From IMG/VR virus record IMGVR_UViG_3300022217_000228, positions 9,347-73,346 of that record: a stretch of 64,000 nt of DNA. One strand, given 5' to 3'. Within the stretch, counting starts at the first letter, position 1. Each line of letters opens with the position of its first letter. Below, one piece after another: positions 1 to 10,301 of the stretch. Source of the DNA: a virus (Duplodnaviria; Caudoviricetes). The translations under genes and the position numbers were made by a program. The notes under the pieces are model-generated. The model saw nothing but the letters and a program-made list of their open reading frames with translations, was not told the origin of the DNA and made no database searches.

Positions 1-261
1 AATAGGCTACTTGTATGTATGGCTCTCGGTATACCAACAATTGTTTCAGATACTGCTGCTTATTCAAAAACAATGTGTCTTGTTAATATATATGGTTGGG
101 ATATAAAGATAAAAAAAGCAATTGATTTGATATCTGACTATGAAACAAGAAAATATTACTCTATAAGAATGAGTCAATTTGCTTGGGGAAGATATTCGCC
201 TGCAGAATCAGCAAGACAACTCGAACAAGTATTCAGGAGACTATATGATTCAAGTCTTTAA
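1..261 (+). CDS. C-terminal fragment of a probable glycosyltransferase (starts before the window)
   Basis: Open frame from window edge; 'MALGIPTIVSD' resembles the GT-B 'AxGxPxIxS' motif. Confidence 0.5.
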   Translation, partial: NRLLVCMALGIPTIVSDTAAYSKTMCLVNIYGWDIKIKKAIDLISDYETRKYYSIRMSQFAWGRYSPAESARQLEQVFRRLYDSSL

Positions 262-1339
262 ACCTAGTTTAAGAACAGCGAAAATAATGCCTGAAATAGA
301 AAAGGCATTGGAAAGCGGTTGGATTGGATTAGGGCCAAAAGTTGCTGAATTCGAGAAAGAAATAGAGAAATATATTGGTGGGGGAGTGTATTGTTGCGCT
401 TTGAATAGCTGCACCTCTGCTCTTCATTTGGCTGTGAAGGCACTCAATTTACCACCTAAATCTCGAATATTAACCACCCCTATTACCTTCATATCTACAA
501 ATCATGCGATTTTATATGAAGGACATGAGCCTGTTTTTTGTGACGTAGAACCTCGAACCGGCAATATAAATGCTGTAAGTGTTGATAAGGCCATCTCTTA
601 TTATAAGCCAGATGCGATTATGGTCGTTCACATTGGCGGTTATCCCTGTGATATGGAGGCTATAAACACTATCGCGGCAGGCGCACGTATTCCAATTATA
701 GAAGACTGCGCTCATGCATTTGGGGCGAGATATGAAGGCTGGGCGTTGGTAGGGAATAGCCAGAATACCTGCTGCTTTTCATTTCATGCTGTTAAGAATT
801 TGCCGGTCGGTGATGGCGGAGCAATTGTTTCCAAAGATAAAAACCTTATAGAATGGTGTAAAAAACAACGATGGCTCGGTATAGATAAAGATACTATTAG
901 CAGAAGCCATAATGGCTACTCGTGGGAATACGATGTTGAAGAGCTCGGGTATAAGTATCATTTATCTGATATTGCGGCGATAATAGGACTTGAACAAATA
1001 AAACATATCGAGGCTGATAATTTTCTAAGAGAAGCGTTTGCAAGTGAATATGAATTTAATATGCCTGATATGGGACCAGAATATTCAAATAAGCGCCTAA
1101 GTAGCTATCATTTCTATCCGATGTTTTTCGAAAAAAGGAATGAAGTGTATGAAAAATTGATAAAAGCTGAAATCTATCCCGGAATGCACTATAAGATGAA
1201 CAATAAATATAAAATTTATGAAGAATGCAAATGTATGGACTTGAGCGGTGCGGAAGAGTACGAACGAACGGAATTGACGTTGCCATTGCATTTGGATTTA
1301 AGGGTTGAGGATATAAGAAAGATTGTTGAAACCATATGA
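245..1339 (+). CDS. DegT/DnrJ/EryC1/StrS PLP-dependent sugar aminotransferase
   Basis: Motifs NSCTSALHLA, IEDCAHAFG, SFHAVKNLPVGDGG (PLP lysine). Start placed at MIQVFKP (245). Confidence 0.92.
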   Translation: MIQVFKPSLRTAKIMPEIEKALESGWIGLGPKVAEFEKEIEKYIGGGVYCCALNSCTSALHLAVKALNLPPKSRILTTPITFISTNHAILYEGHEPVFCDVEPRTGNINAVSVDKAISYYKPDAIMVVHIGGYPCDMEAINTIAAGARIPIIEDCAHAFGARYEGWALVGNSQNTCCFSFHAVKNLPVGDGGAIVSKDKNLIEWCKKQRWLGIDKDTISRSHNGYSWEYDVEELGYKYHLSDIAAIIGLEQIKHIEADNFLREAFASEYEFNMPDMGPEYSNKRLSSYHFYPMFFEKRNEVYEKLIKAEIYPGMHYKMNNKYKIYEECKCMDLSGAEEYERTELTLPLHLDLRVEDIRKIVETI

Positions 1340-2259
1340 AACTTTACATTGATTATAAAATAAACGATTCCGGCAAAGGAAAGTTTCTTGCAAGGCTTAT
1401 TCCATGTCTAGAGAATTTGGGAGTAAAGTGCTCGTTTGATGATAAAGAAGCCGATGTGGCATTAGGTGTGAGAAGATGGCGCAGCAAGCTGAAAATGCCG
1501 AAGGTGCTGCGAGTTGATGGTATTCATATGAGTAAGGATAAAACCACATATTATAAAAACAATCTTACCAAAAATTCAATTAAGAAATCAAATGCGGTTA
1601 TATGGCAATCGCGGTTTTGTAAGGATATTATCATACGGGCATTTAAACTTAAGCCGAAAAAAGATTTTGTGATATTTAATGGGGCAAATCCGGATGATTA
1701 TAATGTTAAATCTATAATTATAGATAATAAAAAACATGTTATAATGTCTGCACGTTGGAAAGACCGTCCGTGGAAAAGGCTAAAGGATTGTGTTAAGGTT
1801 GCAAAAGAAGTCAGGAAACATGAAGATATTATTTTTTTGATTGCTGGAAAGGTAAACAGTACAATCAACGAGAGTGGAATAAAGACATTGGGATATCTTA
1901 ACGAAGAAATATTAAGAAGATATCTTGTTGGCTCAGATGCCATGCTCAACCTTTCTTACTACGATTGGTGCCCTAATGCAATGGTAGAAGCGTTGTGTGC
2001 AGGGGTTCCTGTGGTATGCAATAACGCCAGCGGAGCAAAGGAGCTAATCGATCCCGAAAGCTGTGAGGTGGTAAACTGCGATTCTGAACGTAAATCAAAG
2101 ATAAGAAACCGGGATAAACCTCCTCATGTAGATCCGGTCACTGTTTCCGAAGCGCTTTTAAGGGTATTACACAGTGGCAAAAGAGCCAATGTTCCGCACC
2201 TTCATATTGAAACGATAGCACAGCAGTATAAAACCGCGTTTGAAAGTGTGTTGAAATGA
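1336..2259 (+). CDS. GT4-like glycosyltransferase
   Basis: 'VIFNGAN' and 'DWCPNAMVEALCAGVPVV' (E-x7 GT-B motif). Confidence 0.82.
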   Translation: MKLYIDYKINDSGKGKFLARLIPCLENLGVKCSFDDKEADVALGVRRWRSKLKMPKVLRVDGIHMSKDKTTYYKNNLTKNSIKKSNAVIWQSRFCKDIIIRAFKLKPKKDFVIFNGANPDDYNVKSIIIDNKKHVIMSARWKDRPWKRLKDCVKVAKEVRKHEDIIFLIAGKVNSTINESGIKTLGYLNEEILRRYLVGSDAMLNLSYYDWCPNAMVEALCAGVPVVCNNASGAKELIDPESCEVVNCDSERKSKIRNRDKPPHVDPVTVSEALLRVLHSGKRANVPHLHIETIAQQYKTAFESVLK

Positions 2260-2828
2260 GTAAAAAATTTTGGACTGATACGAAATTAAGCGATATTCAA
2301 AGTAACATAAAACATCGACAGGGAGTACGCGATTTTCAAACCTCCTATAGTCATTGCAGAACAACGATTATAAGAGATTACATCGAAAAATTAATATCTC
2401 AAGGCAAAATTAAGCCATCCTTTACACTTATAGATTTGTTCTGCGGAGATGCAATAATAATAAGGTTGCTGAAAGAACATTTTAAGAGAGCAACAGTAAT
2501 TGGTGTGGATATAAACGAGATAAGAGGGCATGAAGGAGCAATTGGCGCTGGTGTGGAAATAAAATATCAGTATGTTCATGATTATATAAAGGATAGAAAA
2601 GAACCAGTAGATATTGTTTTAATGATGAATACCTACAGGAATATCAAAGCTTCTGGAATGACAAAACAGGAATTTGGGAAAATAAATAAATGGCTGTTTA
2701 AATATGTAGCTCATCCAATAGTTACTACATCAGATATAAAAAAGGCAAAGAAATACGGTTTCAACCCTCTTATAATCGGTAAGGGTGAGGGATCTTCAAA
2801 GATGGTCGATTTGAAAGGACAGGGATGA
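2256..2828 (+). CDS. Class I SAM-dependent methyltransferase-like protein
   Basis: 'LIDLFCGDA' motif I-like and 'VIGVDINE' motif II-like. Confidence 0.55.
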   Translation: MSKKFWTDTKLSDIQSNIKHRQGVRDFQTSYSHCRTTIIRDYIEKLISQGKIKPSFTLIDLFCGDAIIIRLLKEHFKRATVIGVDINEIRGHEGAIGAGVEIKYQYVHDYIKDRKEPVDIVLMMNTYRNIKASGMTKQEFGKINKWLFKYVAHPIVTTSDIKKAKKYGFNPLIIGKGEGSSKMVDLKGQG

Positions 2829-3652
2829 AACTACAGCGTCTTGGAATAGATATAGTAAGCGGCTGCAATCTCAGATGCGTAGGGTGCCCTAATTCTACTC
2901 TTAAAAGGAAGATTGAGTTCACTACTCCAGATAATTTCAACCTCATTCTTTCCAATATAGATGTGAAACATATCGAGTATTTGAAGTTATATAATTTTGG
3001 GGAAACATTATTATATCCTAATTTAAGTGAGATTTTAGAAATTATTAAGAAACAGAGATGGGGTACAAAACACGTTGAAATTGCTACTAATGGGCAGATA
3101 ATCAATGAAAGAAATATTAGAGCGATTTTTTATCGTAATGTAATTACTAAACTTGGAGTAAGCTGTGATGGCGACTGTACACCAGAAGAATATGAAAGGT
3201 TAAGACCGTCAGCAAAGTGGAATCAACTTGAAGACTTCCTTGGTGTAACAAATGCTATTTATTGGCCTTTAAACACGATAACAAAGCGTGTCCTTAAAAT
3301 TATTTGTACCGGAAATAAAGAAAAATGGAAAAAATTCGCTAAACAATATGGTTATGGTATTGAATGGCGCAAATGGCGTAAAGCCCCTAACTCTGTTAAA
3401 TATGAGAAGGCCAAATTAAAGGTTCCTAATTACTCTTGCAAGCATGTAGAAAGTTCTCGGATACGTTGTTATGTTGATTGGAACGGTGATGTGGTACCTT
3501 GCTGTAATCATCCTAAAGCTACAGTATTTGGTAATTTAAAAGAACAAAAATTTTCTGAAATATATCACGGAAAGAAAAGAAAAGCATTTATAACATTATT
3601 AAATAAGGATAGAAAAAAGCATAGAATATGTGGAAGATGTGAAGTAAGATGA
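2825..3652 (+). CDS. Radical SAM protein with SPASM/twitch C-terminal domain
   Basis: CxxxCxxC (CNLRCVGC); C-terminal 'VDWNGDVVPCC...FGNLKEQKFSEI...CGRC'. Confidence 0.88.
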   Translation: MKLQRLGIDIVSGCNLRCVGCPNSTLKRKIEFTTPDNFNLILSNIDVKHIEYLKLYNFGETLLYPNLSEILEIIKKQRWGTKHVEIATNGQIINERNIRAIFYRNVITKLGVSCDGDCTPEEYERLRPSAKWNQLEDFLGVTNAIYWPLNTITKRVLKIICTGNKEKWKKFAKQYGYGIEWRKWRKAPNSVKYEKAKLKVPNYSCKHVESSRIRCYVDWNGDVVPCCNHPKATVFGNLKEQKFSEIYHGKKRKAFITLLNKDRKKHRICGRCEVR

Positions 3653-4125
3653 GTCAAGCAAAATTGTATATGGCAGATAAATATGTTGATAAATGTTACT
3701 ATGATAATAAAAAGAATAGGCTTTCTTCAGTAATGATGGAATTAGCAATGATCGGTCGTTTTAAAAGCCGTCATGCACCAAAAATAATAAAATATCTCAA
3801 CAATGGGTACCGCATGAAACGCTATGATTATGCTCTTGGAACAACCAAAAAGCTGACTCGTTCCTGTCCTAATTTTTTAGACGAAATTAACGAAATTGAA
3901 TGTGATTTAATAGATAATGGAATTAATCATCGAGATATCAACCCGGGTAATTTACTGTATTGCGAAGATGAAAGCTCCTTGGTATTGATAGATTTTTATT
4001 GGGCCATTCCATTGGAAAAGGATGCTCAAAGAATTGGAAAGTTAAACAAATATTATGGAAGAGATAAGAAAGCTTTTAAAAGATTGAGAAAAGAATATGG
4101 GAAAAGTAATAAGCCAGTTAGCTAA
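3649..4125 (+). CDS. Small kinase-like protein (APH/Kdo-kinase-like fold)
   Basis: 'INHRDINPGNLL' catalytic loop and 'LIDFYWA' DFG-like motif. Confidence 0.65.
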   Translation: MSQAKLYMADKYVDKCYYDNKKNRLSSVMMELAMIGRFKSRHAPKIIKYLNNGYRMKRYDYALGTTKKLTRSCPNFLDEINEIECDLIDNGINHRDINPGNLLYCEDESSLVLIDFYWAIPLEKDAQRIGKLNKYYGRDKKAFKRLRKEYGKSNKPVS

Positions 4126-5014
4126 AACCAAGATTGATAACTACAGCATATTTCCAGAACGACTTACTCTTGAGGAATGCGGGGAGTATCATTTCCATTA
4201 TCGGAGTATTCGCATCGCATTTACCAAGCATGAGTACAAGGATTTTATTAGTCTTACAAAGTATGATTCGAAAGACAAAAAGAAAATTTTTCTCAAAAAG
4301 GTTATGAGTTCAAATGGAGATGTGATAGACAAAAATCGTTTGGTAGTTGAGTTGAGTAAAAATACGTACATCAAACACAGGGACGACACAGCAAAAGAAG
4401 CGGACTTCTTTAAGGATAAAGCTTATATCCATGTTCATTATCGCAATATTAGATTAGAATTTCCTATCCATGAATTTATTCAAATAGCTCAAACCTTTGA
4501 TGAAGCACGAAAAGCATTACCACTAAAAACCGTCAACGACATGTTCTATGCTATTGACGATATCACATATGTTGTAATAAGAAACTTTGATAATTTGCCA
4601 AATTCAGTTAAGCTTGGACCGCACAGTGATTTGGATTTGCTATTTGCTTCAAGGCATGATGTAAATAAATTTATTCACATAACACATGCTGAAAAAACTT
4701 TCAAGGAAGAATATCGGGTACAGCACAAAGTAGCTATCGGAAAAGACTACATTCTCTGCGATTTACGGGTAATCGGTGACATGTATTTTCCGTTGCCTCT
4801 ATGCGTTGATATGATAAACATTCGGATTCGGCACAAATGTTTCTGGGTTCCATCAGAACCTACGCATTCAATAGCCTTGGCGTACCATGCACATATACAT
4901 AAAAAGCGCCTAACAAACGATTATCGCAAAAGAGTAAGGTATTCAAAATGTGATATACTGAATATGATTGAACCAACGAAACCTAAAGATAGATCTGTTG
5001 GATATAACCCATGA
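4097..5014 (+). CDS. Two-domain protein with C-terminal nucleotidyltransferase-like domain
   Basis: 'YVVIRNFDNLP...SDLDLLF' resembles the DxD nucleotidyltransferase signature. Confidence 0.45.
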   Translation: MGKVISQLAKTKIDNYSIFPERLTLEECGEYHFHYRSIRIAFTKHEYKDFISLTKYDSKDKKKIFLKKVMSSNGDVIDKNRLVVELSKNTYIKHRDDTAKEADFFKDKAYIHVHYRNIRLEFPIHEFIQIAQTFDEARKALPLKTVNDMFYAIDDITYVVIRNFDNLPNSVKLGPHSDLDLLFASRHDVNKFIHITHAEKTFKEEYRVQHKVAIGKDYILCDLRVIGDMYFPLPLCVDMINIRIRHKCFWVPSEPTHSIALAYHAHIHKKRLTNDYRKRVRYSKCDILNMIEPTKPKDRSVGYNP

Positions 5015-5538
5015 ATACATACGTTAAAAAAGAAATAGTACGATTAATAAAACAATACTATTCAAAGAACGAATTGAACGATACATCTTATAGGCTTCTC
5101 GATGTAGGATCTCTTGATATAAATGGAACCATTAAAAACAAAATACCGAAAGCATGGGAATATGTAGGAGCTGATATATTGCCTGGTAAGAATGTTGATG
5201 CTTTAATGCTTTATCCATTTAAACTTCCTTTTGATAATAACACGTTTGATTGCATTGTAAGTAGTTCGTGTCTTGAACATTGTACTAACCCATTAAAACT
5301 GGTACCAGAAATGGCGCGAGTTCTTAAGCCAAAAGGATATATGTTTATTGTAGCTCCATTTATATCTCCAAGACATGAGGTACAAGAGGATGGAACGATA
5401 CTGAAGGATTGCTGGAGATTCCTTCCGAATGGATTTGATTACCTTTTTGAAGCTGCCAATATAAAAAAATTGCATACATACAACCATAAACGAAAAGCCA
5501 ACAGAGTTTATTGCTGGGGAATAGGAAAAAAGGAATAA
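5011..5538 (+). CDS. Class I SAM-dependent methyltransferase
   Basis: 'LLDVGS', 'LPFDNNTFDCIVSSSCLEH', 'EMARVLKPKG'. Confidence 0.88.
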   Translation: MNTYVKKEIVRLIKQYYSKNELNDTSYRLLDVGSLDINGTIKNKIPKAWEYVGADILPGKNVDALMLYPFKLPFDNNTFDCIVSSSCLEHCTNPLKLVPEMARVLKPKGYMFIVAPFISPRHEVQEDGTILKDCWRFLPNGFDYLFEAANIKKLHTYNHKRKANRVYCWGIGKKE

Positions 5539-5545
5539 TAATATA

Positions 5546-6139
5546 ATGCTTGATAAGACTACATATGAGATACTATCATCAAAATGGGTTGGTAAAGTAT
5601 ACCAGAAATGGAAAAAACTTAAAAAGAGGCTTCCTATGATAGAACGAAATCTGGACTTCTTTAGAGGTACTAAAGTTCTTGAACTCGGTGCCAATGCTGG
5701 AATATATGCCTTTGTTCTATACCATTATGTAGAAAGCTACACAGGAATAGAATGCGATAAACATTATTACGATCAATCACTTCATACACTTAAAGGAAAG
5801 AAAAGAGTAACATTAATAAGAGATACGTTTGAAAATGTTGATATTGAATCACTGGATTTCAATCTGTTTCTTGCCAGCTACGTCCTTCATCATCTTAATA
5901 AAAAAGAAGTATATAAGCTCGGCAGAGTATTTGATATATGCAGTAAGGTTGCTATTAGTACAAGAAGCGGAGACCCTCTTAAATACGGACATGATGAGCT
6001 TGGTTTCGATCCTCTTCCTAAGTGGGAGAACAGCAGAATAAAAAAGATGCTCGATGAACGTGGGTATAAAAGTGAGTTGTCGTTAAAAAGCAAAATTGAT
6101 TACAATGGCATTTATTTTATATTAGCGGAGAAAGAATGA
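5546..6139 (+). CDS. Class I SAM-dependent methyltransferase
   Basis: 'KVLELGANAG', 'YTGIE', 'SYVLHH'; paralog of 43410-44474. Confidence 0.78.
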   Translation: MLDKTTYEILSSKWVGKVYQKWKKLKKRLPMIERNLDFFRGTKVLELGANAGIYAFVLYHYVESYTGIECDKHYYDQSLHTLKGKKRVTLIRDTFENVDIESLDFNLFLASYVLHHLNKKEVYKLGRVFDICSKVAISTRSGDPLKYGHDELGFDPLPKWENSRIKKMLDERGYKSELSLKSKIDYNGIYFILAEKE

Positions 6140-6729
6140 TAACCATTAAAGGCACTGCAAGAAAGATACCGAAGGGTGATTATAAGTGCCCTAACGATGG
6201 TATTCACCGGAAAAAGAAAAGCGGACGAATACGCGGGTTCTGGGCCGCTAAGATATCAAACGCCTATCTCTATTATGGGAACTGGTCATATTATTTAAAA
6301 AGTGATGAGCTTGGACTGAAAGTTTTTTATTCTTTTAAATTCAACGAGACTACAAAAACGGACAAAGAAGTTCAAGCTACAATCGATATGATGAATGATC
6401 TTCATGAATTTTGCCCAAAGATATACTATAAAGACACGGTAAAAACTGATATAAGGTTTAAGGAAAGACACTGTGTTGCAGAATCCCCAGCGATTAGCAT
6501 GCAGCATATACACTACCCTGAGAGGGTATGGCTTAAATTTGCCAAGGGTAAGCCATACGATTGGAATGCAGATAATCATCCCGCTCATTCAACACAGGGT
6601 TTTAGAGCTTTTAGGGCTTTACTCGAAGAATACACTAGAGATATTGAATACAACTTTGACAGTTTTTCTATCGGTAATATCGTTTGGTGTACGGTGGAGA
6701 AGCGTTGGTACTTGGTGGATGTGAGATGA
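6136..6729 (+). CDS. Hypothetical protein, possibly degenerate kinase fold
   Basis: Paralog of 43115-43726 (shared HIHY, PYD and YxxD segments); 'GLKVF' and 'GNIVW...YLVD' are weakly kinase-like. Confidence 0.4.
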   Translation: MITIKGTARKIPKGDYKCPNDGIHRKKKSGRIRGFWAAKISNAYLYYGNWSYYLKSDELGLKVFYSFKFNETTKTDKEVQATIDMMNDLHEFCPKIYYKDTVKTDIRFKERHCVAESPAISMQHIHYPERVWLKFAKGKPYDWNADNHPAHSTQGFRAFRALLEEYTRDIEYNFDSFSIGNIVWCTVEKRWYLVDVR

Positions 6730-7346
6730 TAGTCGGATTAATGGCACTCTGCAGATTCCCGTATTATGTAAGATGTTTAGATTCATTATGTGAGTTAGTT
6801 GATAAAGTATATCTAAGATTCGATGGGATTACCGGAGATTATCGATTATATGAAGCTGCTCCAGGAATATGTGGAAATAAATTCGGGTCAATGTTTATTG
6901 GCAATACTATCTGGAATGCCTATAACTGGCGTGAAGAACTTCTTCGTTCAATAGACGATGTTAAACCTGAACTCGTGTTATTTCCCGATGAGGATGAAAT
7001 TTTTGGATTAGGAATTGAAGATGATATCAGAAGGTTCATGAAAAGCGACAAGCAGCAGCTTGCCTTTAATTACCAGCATCCTGCACCAACTGTAGATGGG
7101 TGGGAGCATAAGAAGCCCTACCCATCAGCACCTCACATCAAAGCGTATAAATGGAAAGAAGGATTAACATACATACCATACAAGAAGCGTGCAAGTCTTA
7201 GTAATTATGGCAAACTCAATTTCAAATTAGCGAAGAGTAAAATACTTCATTATTGCTTCTATACACCTGAATTGAGAAAGAATAAACTATGGAGTTGCCC
7301 GGAAAAGAAAGAATGGGCTAGAAAAATTGCAAAGAAACAAAAATGA
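6726..7346 (+). CDS. GT2-like glycosyltransferase
   Basis: 'CLDSLCELVDKVYL' and 'VLFPDEDE' (DxD-like). ATG at 6726 overlaps the upstream TGA. Confidence 0.55.
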   Translation: MIVGLMALCRFPYYVRCLDSLCELVDKVYLRFDGITGDYRLYEAAPGICGNKFGSMFIGNTIWNAYNWREELLRSIDDVKPELVLFPDEDEIFGLGIEDDIRRFMKSDKQQLAFNYQHPAPTVDGWEHKKPYPSAPHIKAYKWKEGLTYIPYKKRASLSNYGKLNFKLAKSKILHYCFYTPELRKNKLWSCPEKKEWARKIAKKQK

Positions 7347-7825
7347 AACCACTCCTACTATCCCAGAGAATTTTTTGCCTATTAGACGATAAAGATTATA
7401 ATTGGCTTCACCACTGGAAATGGAGTATTGGTGGAACAAAAAACCGACGTTACGCACGTAGGAAGTTATCACATCCAAGTAATGGTAAAAAAGAATTTAT
7501 ATATCTCCATAAAATTATAGCTGGTGTTACCAATGATTTTACAATACGCTTCATAGATAATAATCCGCTCAATTTACAACGCGATAATATATGTATAAAA
7601 AACCTCGCAAATGAAGACGTGTCGTGGAGAGGATCAAGTGGTGTATCTAATTATATCGGTGTCAAATGGGATGCCTATTATGGATTGTGGAGAGCAGAGA
7701 TAAATGGATTGGTTGTAGGCTATTATGCAGAAGAAATGACGGCAATATTAGCATATAATACCAAAGCAAAAGAAATGTTGACTAATGAATTAAGATTGAA
7801 TGGCACAAATGAGTTTGCAACCTAG
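7343..7825 (+). CDS. HNH/AP2-type endonuclease-like protein (catalytic His possibly lost)
   Basis: 'LHKIIAG...RFIDNNPLNLQRDN' HNH-like; 'SNYIGVKW...WRAEI' AP2-like. Confidence 0.65.
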   Translation: MKPLLLSQRIFCLLDDKDYNWLHHWKWSIGGTKNRRYARRKLSHPSNGKKEFIYLHKIIAGVTNDFTIRFIDNNPLNLQRDNICIKNLANEDVSWRGSSGVSNYIGVKWDAYYGLWRAEINGLVVGYYAEEMTAILAYNTKAKEMLTNELRLNGTNEFAT

Positions 7826-9881
7826 ATATACCAACAAGTTAAAAGAGCTTCCCCCTGAAGCTTATGAGTATTACATGACTCACCCTGTGGAATTCGCACA
7901 GGAACAAATACTTGGGCTTTCACCTGATGATGTTAAGAAGGATCGGCTCTATCGGCGTTTAGAACCGCAAACCAAGTCTATTCTTTATAATATAGGGAAA
8001 CATGATTATGTGTCGGTGTTCTCAGGCCGGGGATGCACAAAAACCACATCGCTTGCCCTTGCAGCAATCTGGTGGATATGGACTCGCAATGACGCCAAGG
8101 TTATGGCAACTGGTCCTAAATTCGAACAATTAAAAATTACACTTTGGGCAGAGATAGCCAAGTGGCTTGATAAATCATATGTGAGTGATGAAGTGAAGCT
8201 AACAAGCGAACGCATATTCCATATCGATCCCAAGATGCATTCATTCGGTCAGATAATGACATCTAAGGAAAAAGATAACATGGCCGGTGTTCATGCCACT
8301 CACGTATTGTGGCTCATAGATGAAGCGTCGAATGTCGATCAGGATATTATCGACGCAATCTTTGGTGGTATGACAGACCCAGAGAGTAAGGTTGTGATGA
8401 CCGGTAATCCAACCAGAGCATCAGGTCCATTCTTTGATTCTCAAAACAAATTTAGAGACCAATGGAGGTGCCTGAGATTCAGCTCAGAAGATTCTGCGCT
8501 TAAGAATAAAGTGTGGTTTTCGAGGATGCTACGGTATCCAAAGGAGTCTGATATATTTAGAGTTTATGTATTGGGCTTACCACCACTTGGAAACCCAAAG
8601 GCCATTATATCACTTGCAGATTGCCACGCTGCTGTCAATCGTGAAACTCCTGCTGAAGACTATCTTGAAATGGGTGTGGATCCTGCAAGGGAAGGAAATG
8701 ATTTAACAGCCATAGCAATACGCAGAGGCATGAAACTTCTCGAAGTAAGGGTATATCCTAAGACTAAGGGCCCGGAAGTAATTGGATATACGCTTAAAAT
8801 GCTACGAGAATACCGTGCAAAGACAGGTATTAAAAGCAGGGTAAAGATAAAGATTGATGACCATGGGCTCGGCGGTCCGATCGGTGATGAGATGGCTTTG
8901 AATGAAATTGATAACATTGAAGTTATTCCATGCTTGTTTGGCGGTAAGGGTGACGATCGATATACAGATCCAGCATCAATAATGTGGTTCGGACTTGCTG
9001 ATATAATAAACGATGTAGAACTCTGTAACGATGAAGAACTCATTGAGGAGCTATCTACTCGTGAATGGAATCCTTCTTCCGGTGGAAGAATGCAGGTTGA
9101 GCCTAAAGCTAAATACAAAGAAAGGCTTGGAAGAAGCCCGGATAGGGCAGATGCAACAGTATTGTGTTATTACGGCGGAGCAAAGAAAGTCTTTGAACTT
9201 CCTGATATTATCGGTGAAAAAGAAAACGATTTTGAAATAGATTGGAATTACGAACACCTGACTGATGCATCGTATGGCGGTATATTCATGATAGATGTAC
9301 TACACTATGCAGCACTTGTATTTAATAAAGACTTGTCATTCAACGGATTAGCTGCAGTATATCAATACTACTCAGATAAGCTATGGATTTATGAAGAGTT
9401 TTACCAAGACAGGCCAGAGCCTGATGTTATAGCTCGTGTGGTTAGAGCACTTACTCATAAGGGGTTATACGATGATGACAGAGAAGTGCGAATAATTGGC
9501 AACGAACACATGTTCAGGCCAGATGGTGATCGTAGGCCGCTCTCAGACGTGCTTATACATGAGAAGCTATATATATCAGAACCATTGAGATACGATGAAT
9601 ATGGGGCAATAGCATTTGGCTCTAAGATGTTTTCTGAAAATAAAGTAACACTACATAGAAAACTCACGCGTGCACGTCCTGCAATAAGCCTTTGGTCTGT
9701 AAAAAAAGGAACGCCTGAAACCGATGAGAATGGATACTGTAAGGCATTTTTACTTATATTAAGTGAAGTGAGGAGAAGGGTAAAAGAACGAAAGACAAAG
9801 AGAACGCCTAAAGATTATTCTCCAGTACATGTGAAATCGAATGAGAGAGAAAAAAATATGAACTCTTGGTGTGGGAGATAA
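7800..9881 (+). CDS. terL: Terminase large subunit with C-terminal extension
   Basis: Walker A-like SGRGCTKTT, Walker B LIDEAS, 'TGNP' coupling motif, nuclease 'GVDPAREGND'. Confidence 0.9.
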   Translation: MAQMSLQPRYTNKLKELPPEAYEYYMTHPVEFAQEQILGLSPDDVKKDRLYRRLEPQTKSILYNIGKHDYVSVFSGRGCTKTTSLALAAIWWIWTRNDAKVMATGPKFEQLKITLWAEIAKWLDKSYVSDEVKLTSERIFHIDPKMHSFGQIMTSKEKDNMAGVHATHVLWLIDEASNVDQDIIDAIFGGMTDPESKVVMTGNPTRASGPFFDSQNKFRDQWRCLRFSSEDSALKNKVWFSRMLRYPKESDIFRVYVLGLPPLGNPKAIISLADCHAAVNRETPAEDYLEMGVDPAREGNDLTAIAIRRGMKLLEVRVYPKTKGPEVIGYTLKMLREYRAKTGIKSRVKIKIDDHGLGGPIGDEMALNEIDNIEVIPCLFGGKGDDRYTDPASIMWFGLADIINDVELCNDEELIEELSTREWNPSSGGRMQVEPKAKYKERLGRSPDRADATVLCYYGGAKKVFELPDIIGEKENDFEIDWNYEHLTDASYGGIFMIDVLHYAALVFNKDLSFNGLAAVYQYYSDKLWIYEEFYQDRPEPDVIARVVRALTHKGLYDDDREVRIIGNEHMFRPDGDRRPLSDVLIHEKLYISEPLRYDEYGAIAFGSKMFSENKVTLHRKLTRARPAISLWSVKKGTPETDENGYCKAFLLILSEVRRRVKERKTKRTPKDYSPVHVKSNEREKNMNSWCGR

Positions 9882-9920
9882 TATGTCTAAAATGCTCGAA
9901 ATAGATATCAAGGTAAAGTA

Positions 9921-10301
9921 ATGGAAAGATATAAAGTAGATAACAATTTCATCGAATACGAACAGGTGTACGTTGATTCGATATTCAATATTCCTATCGT
10001 AGACAAATCTGGTAACGTGCTTGCCCGTGCAATACTCACTCAGAATGTTAGACAAGATACCCCAGGAAAGTTCAGTGAGGTGGTTATTCTTACCGATATC
10101 ATTGTATACGATCCAAATGATAGAGGCAAAGGGCTCGGTGATAAAATCATGGGATTCATCACTTCATGCGGCAGATTTGAAAAGATAGTTACCGGTATAT
10201 CAACCAAAGCCGGGAGAGAACTTTGCCTAAAATGGGGATTTAAATACGATTTTATTAAAGAAAAGAAGTTTTTAATATGGGAAAAGAAAAATGATACTTA
10301 G
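9921..10301 (+). CDS. GNAT-family acetyltransferase-like protein
   Basis: Motif A 'DRGKGLGDKIM' and C-terminal 'LKWGF'. Confidence 0.6.
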   Translation: MERYKVDNNFIEYEQVYVDSIFNIPIVDKSGNVLARAILTQNVRQDTPGKFSEVVILTDIIVYDPNDRGKGLGDKIMGFITSCGRFEKIVTGISTKAGRELCLKWGFKYDFIKEKKFLIWEKKNDT

